A stretch of 64,000 bases of DNA from Rhina ancylostomus (Eukaryota): the NCBI GenBank assembly GCA_030265395.1, contig JARFYF010000052.1, positions 52,306,865 to 52,370,864 on the forward strand, in the 5' to 3' direction. A program made the position numbers and the translations under genes. The notes under the pieces were generated by a model, which was given only the letters and a program-made list of their open reading frames with translations, was not told the origin of the DNA and made no database searches. Shown piece after piece: positions 61,270 to 64,000 of the stretch. Each line of letters opens with the position of its first letter. Positions within the stretch are counted from its first letter, which is position 1.

Positions 61270-63065
61270 ATAAGTTGAGCATAAGCATCTTCCAGTCCAC
61301 AATATTGAAGTTAGGCCCTGGAACATCAGGATCTGGATGGTCCCAAGCTGGTCAGGCAATTCCTATGGAAGGCCATATTAGAGGAGGAATACTGGCTTCA
61401 TTGGGTGGGTTTTGCCATCAAGAACAGAAGTCTGGACATCCCCAAACTTGGGGTAAGTGGATATCTCACGATCCCTTGGCTCATTCTAAGGTGGAAACAG
61501 CACATTATGGTCATCAATACATTTGCCTTAACCTTGGAAAATATGAATGAGGCCAAGGAGGATTTCTACTCTGGCCTCAGTGTGGAGGCAGGGCAGGGCA
61601 ATGGAGAAAATGTGACCTGAGTTGCAGATTGAGAGAAACTAATTTTCCAAGATGACTTCAAACCAAAGACTACTTTGCATCCCACTCTGACATCTTGCCA
61701 ACTCTGGACCTTTCGCCTTTCCTGCTGTCCCTTTTAGAAATCATAAAGTCTTCTTCTCTGACTTTCCCTTTCTGGATTGTCTCCAAGCCTGTTAAGACCT
61801 CCATGACTTTTGTTGTCCCTCCAGTTGTACTTTGCTTTCTCTACTAGAAAACAGCAAAAGCTGATTAAGTGCAATGTGTTCTTGGGTGGGAAATTCCACC
61901 ACACCTCAACCACAGTAAACCCACAATGTAAACAATCGATGGTGAAAGGACGAGTGCAGGAGTTCCAGCAATTCACTGATAACTATGACACGCATAGATA
62001 GATTCACGCAAGATCATCTGTTATGCAAGGAACCGCTGGATGGAGACCAGAGACCAGAGAGGCAGTCAGCCCCTGCTTGTGGGACACTACTCAGCTGTGA
62101 TTTTTGTCCTTGATATGTGTGTCCATGACACCACAGCAAACTAAACAAGTCAGAGTTGCCACCGCCCCTGGCTGATGAGGAGTAAAGAGGCTCACCTGCC
62201 AACAGAAATACAACAATGCCTTGGCAGTAGATAGTATTTCTGCTGACACCCTAAAACTAAGTGTAGAGAAACTTCAGTCGCAAACTCTCAATCTTGCCTC
62301 CCAGAGTAACATCTGCAATGTGCCATGAACACACTCCCCTCCCCCAAACAACAATAAAGGTCCATAATGAAACTCTGGAAAAACAACGATCATCTCCTAC
62401 ATCTATGAGCCACCTTGTAACGAAGGCAGATGCTGATGATGAAATTCAGCATCAGTGTGCTGCTGCAGCCTTTGGCCATCGTTTGAAGTTCAAGATCTCG
62501 GACTTGGCACAGAAGTGGCCTATGGATAGTCGTGATTTCTTTCCCCCTCTAGGCGTCTGAGATTTGAACTACCTAGAACAAACATCTTGGGTTACTGGAG
62601 GGATACCACCAATACTGTCTTAAAATTCTGGTAGAATTAGATAAGATTTCTTTATTAGTCACATGTACATCAAAACACATGGTGAAATGCATCTTTTATG
62701 TAGAGTGTTCTGGGGGCAACCCACAAGTGTCGCCACACTTCCAGTGCCAACATAGCATGCCCACAACTTCCTAACCCATACGTCTTTGGAATGTGGGAGG
62801 AAACAGGAGCACCTGGAGGAAACCAATGTAAATTTTCTCTCTCTCTGGCCAACATTCCTAGCATTGAAGCCTAATTGCATTTAGTTGGATCCATTGGGCC
62901 TGTTCACACCACTTGCATGCCTGACATCAAGCTCCCACACCAGGTAGACTGTTCCAAGCTCCTTCTCAGCAAGAGGTTACCAGATTGACACTATTCATAG
63001 ATGCTCTCAAAGCCTCATTGAATAAGTATAACATCCTCACTGACTTGTGGGAATTACTGGCCTGT
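61270..63065 (+). mobile_element. Fragmented RTE (BovB-like) LINE, with a SINE-type insertion at ~62640-62830
   Basis: QHIMVINTFALTLENMNEAKEDFYS resembles the AP-endonuclease motif ISAYAPT...KEEFY, and IKVHNETLEK...KADADDEIQHQCAAAAFG matches the RTE RT C-terminus. Confidence 0.65.
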
Positions 63066-63556
63066 GTGTGCTTAATCTGGAGTCACTCTGTACCCTGTGG
63101 GGTTACCTAAGAAGATCTTCACTATTGATTTATAATAACAGGTTGTTACATCAATGTTTTGTGTTATGGGCTGAATTGGAGTTAAGTGATTACTTCTGAC
63201 ACATTTAATTTGCTCAAGTTCTAAAGTTCTGACCATAGGCACTTAGAGACTTGTAGTTCTGATGAAAGGTTGTTGAACTGAAATGTTCGCTCTATATGTC
63301 TCCAAAGATGATGTCTGAATTATATGTTTTTATTTTGTGCTTCTAGCATCTGTGGTATTTTATTCTTGAACAAGAACATAGAACCTTACTTGCAGTGACA
63401 TACTTGAAATTGTTATTGTGACAATAAGAATGTGACCTTTATATTTGTTGCTTGCGCTGTTTAATTATTTGAATTGCTGAAACTTTTCTCCTTCCAAGCT
63501 AATTTTTCCAGTGTTCATGCTCACAAATTAATACTGCTCCATTTGTAAATGTACAG

Positions 63557-63660
63557 GACAGATTTCCTCATAACTGCTAGTCAGGATGGGCATATCAAGT
63601 TCTGGAAGAAGAAGGATGACGAAGGGATAGAGTTTGTAAAACATTTTCGCAGCCATTTAG
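63557..63660 (+). CDS. PPWD1: PPWD1 coding exon 3 (WD40), 104 nt, phase 2 to 1
   Basis: Acceptor gtacag|G, donor TTA G|gtaaag. Translates [34 protein letters not shown](G). The gene continues past the right edge. Confidence 0.97.
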
Positions 63661-64000
63661 GTAAAGTATTTTTGTATTCTAAGTTTTGTACATTTATAAT
63701 TTAAAATTAACATTGTAGAAAAACATAAAATTCTATTTAGTTGGACTCATTCTTGTTCTTTAAATACAGTGAACTGAATCGGGGAAAAGGCACCATATAA
63801 TTGGCATTTCAGTGCTGAAACTTTAGTGATGCTATTGTAAAGTGCAGGTACAATAGAATAAATGCACTACCCAATATGAAGGCGTTATCATGTTTCGAGC
63901 TTCAGATAGACTATTGCATGTGCAGTACATATTTCAAGCAGATCTTGTGGTGTTATCCCCTTTCTGTCCTGGTTGTTGAGGTAATAGACAGTTGGTATTA

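Noticed and set aside
1-64000. Prokaryote-type systems (CRISPR arrays, operons, rRNA)
   Set aside because: The sequence is intron-containing vertebrate DNA; no regularly spaced repeat-spacer array or rRNA-like sequence was seen.

Overview
Vertebrate genomic DNA, almost certainly a cartilaginous fish (shark or ray). This is inferred from the repeat landscape: CR1 LINEs, HE1-type tRNA-derived SINEs, Deu-domain SINEs, Penelope-like elements, Rex-Babar and RTE fragments. The window holds the 5' ends of two divergently transcribed genes. ADAMTS6 is on the minus strand, with three coding exons at 13161-13065, 12347-11983 and 10924-10753, a GC-rich 5'UTR and a probable first exon/promoter near 19.2-19.7 kb. 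PPWD1 is on the plus strand, with three coding exons at 55832-55949, 58672-58774 and 63557-63660. All six exons splice in phase with GT-AG boundaries. The ~36 kb between the two promoters is mostly decayed transposons and N-gaps, and I could not find the CENPK gene that occupies this interval in bony vertebrates. The most interesting signals are: (1) a CpG-preserved SINE head with perfect Pol III A and B boxes built into the PPWD1 promoter where CENPK exon 1 would be expected; (2) a family of Penelope-derived minimal hammerhead-ribozyme-like motifs, some at the centre of long hairpins; (3) four uATGs and a (CCG)n repeat in the ADAMTS6 5'UTR; (4) a 50-bp near-perfect palindrome in PPWD1 intron 1; (5) a compact antisense STAT/TATA promoter candidate in ADAMTS6 intron 1. 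Gene and repeat identities come from my recall of family sequences, not from database searches, and repeat boundaries are approximate.
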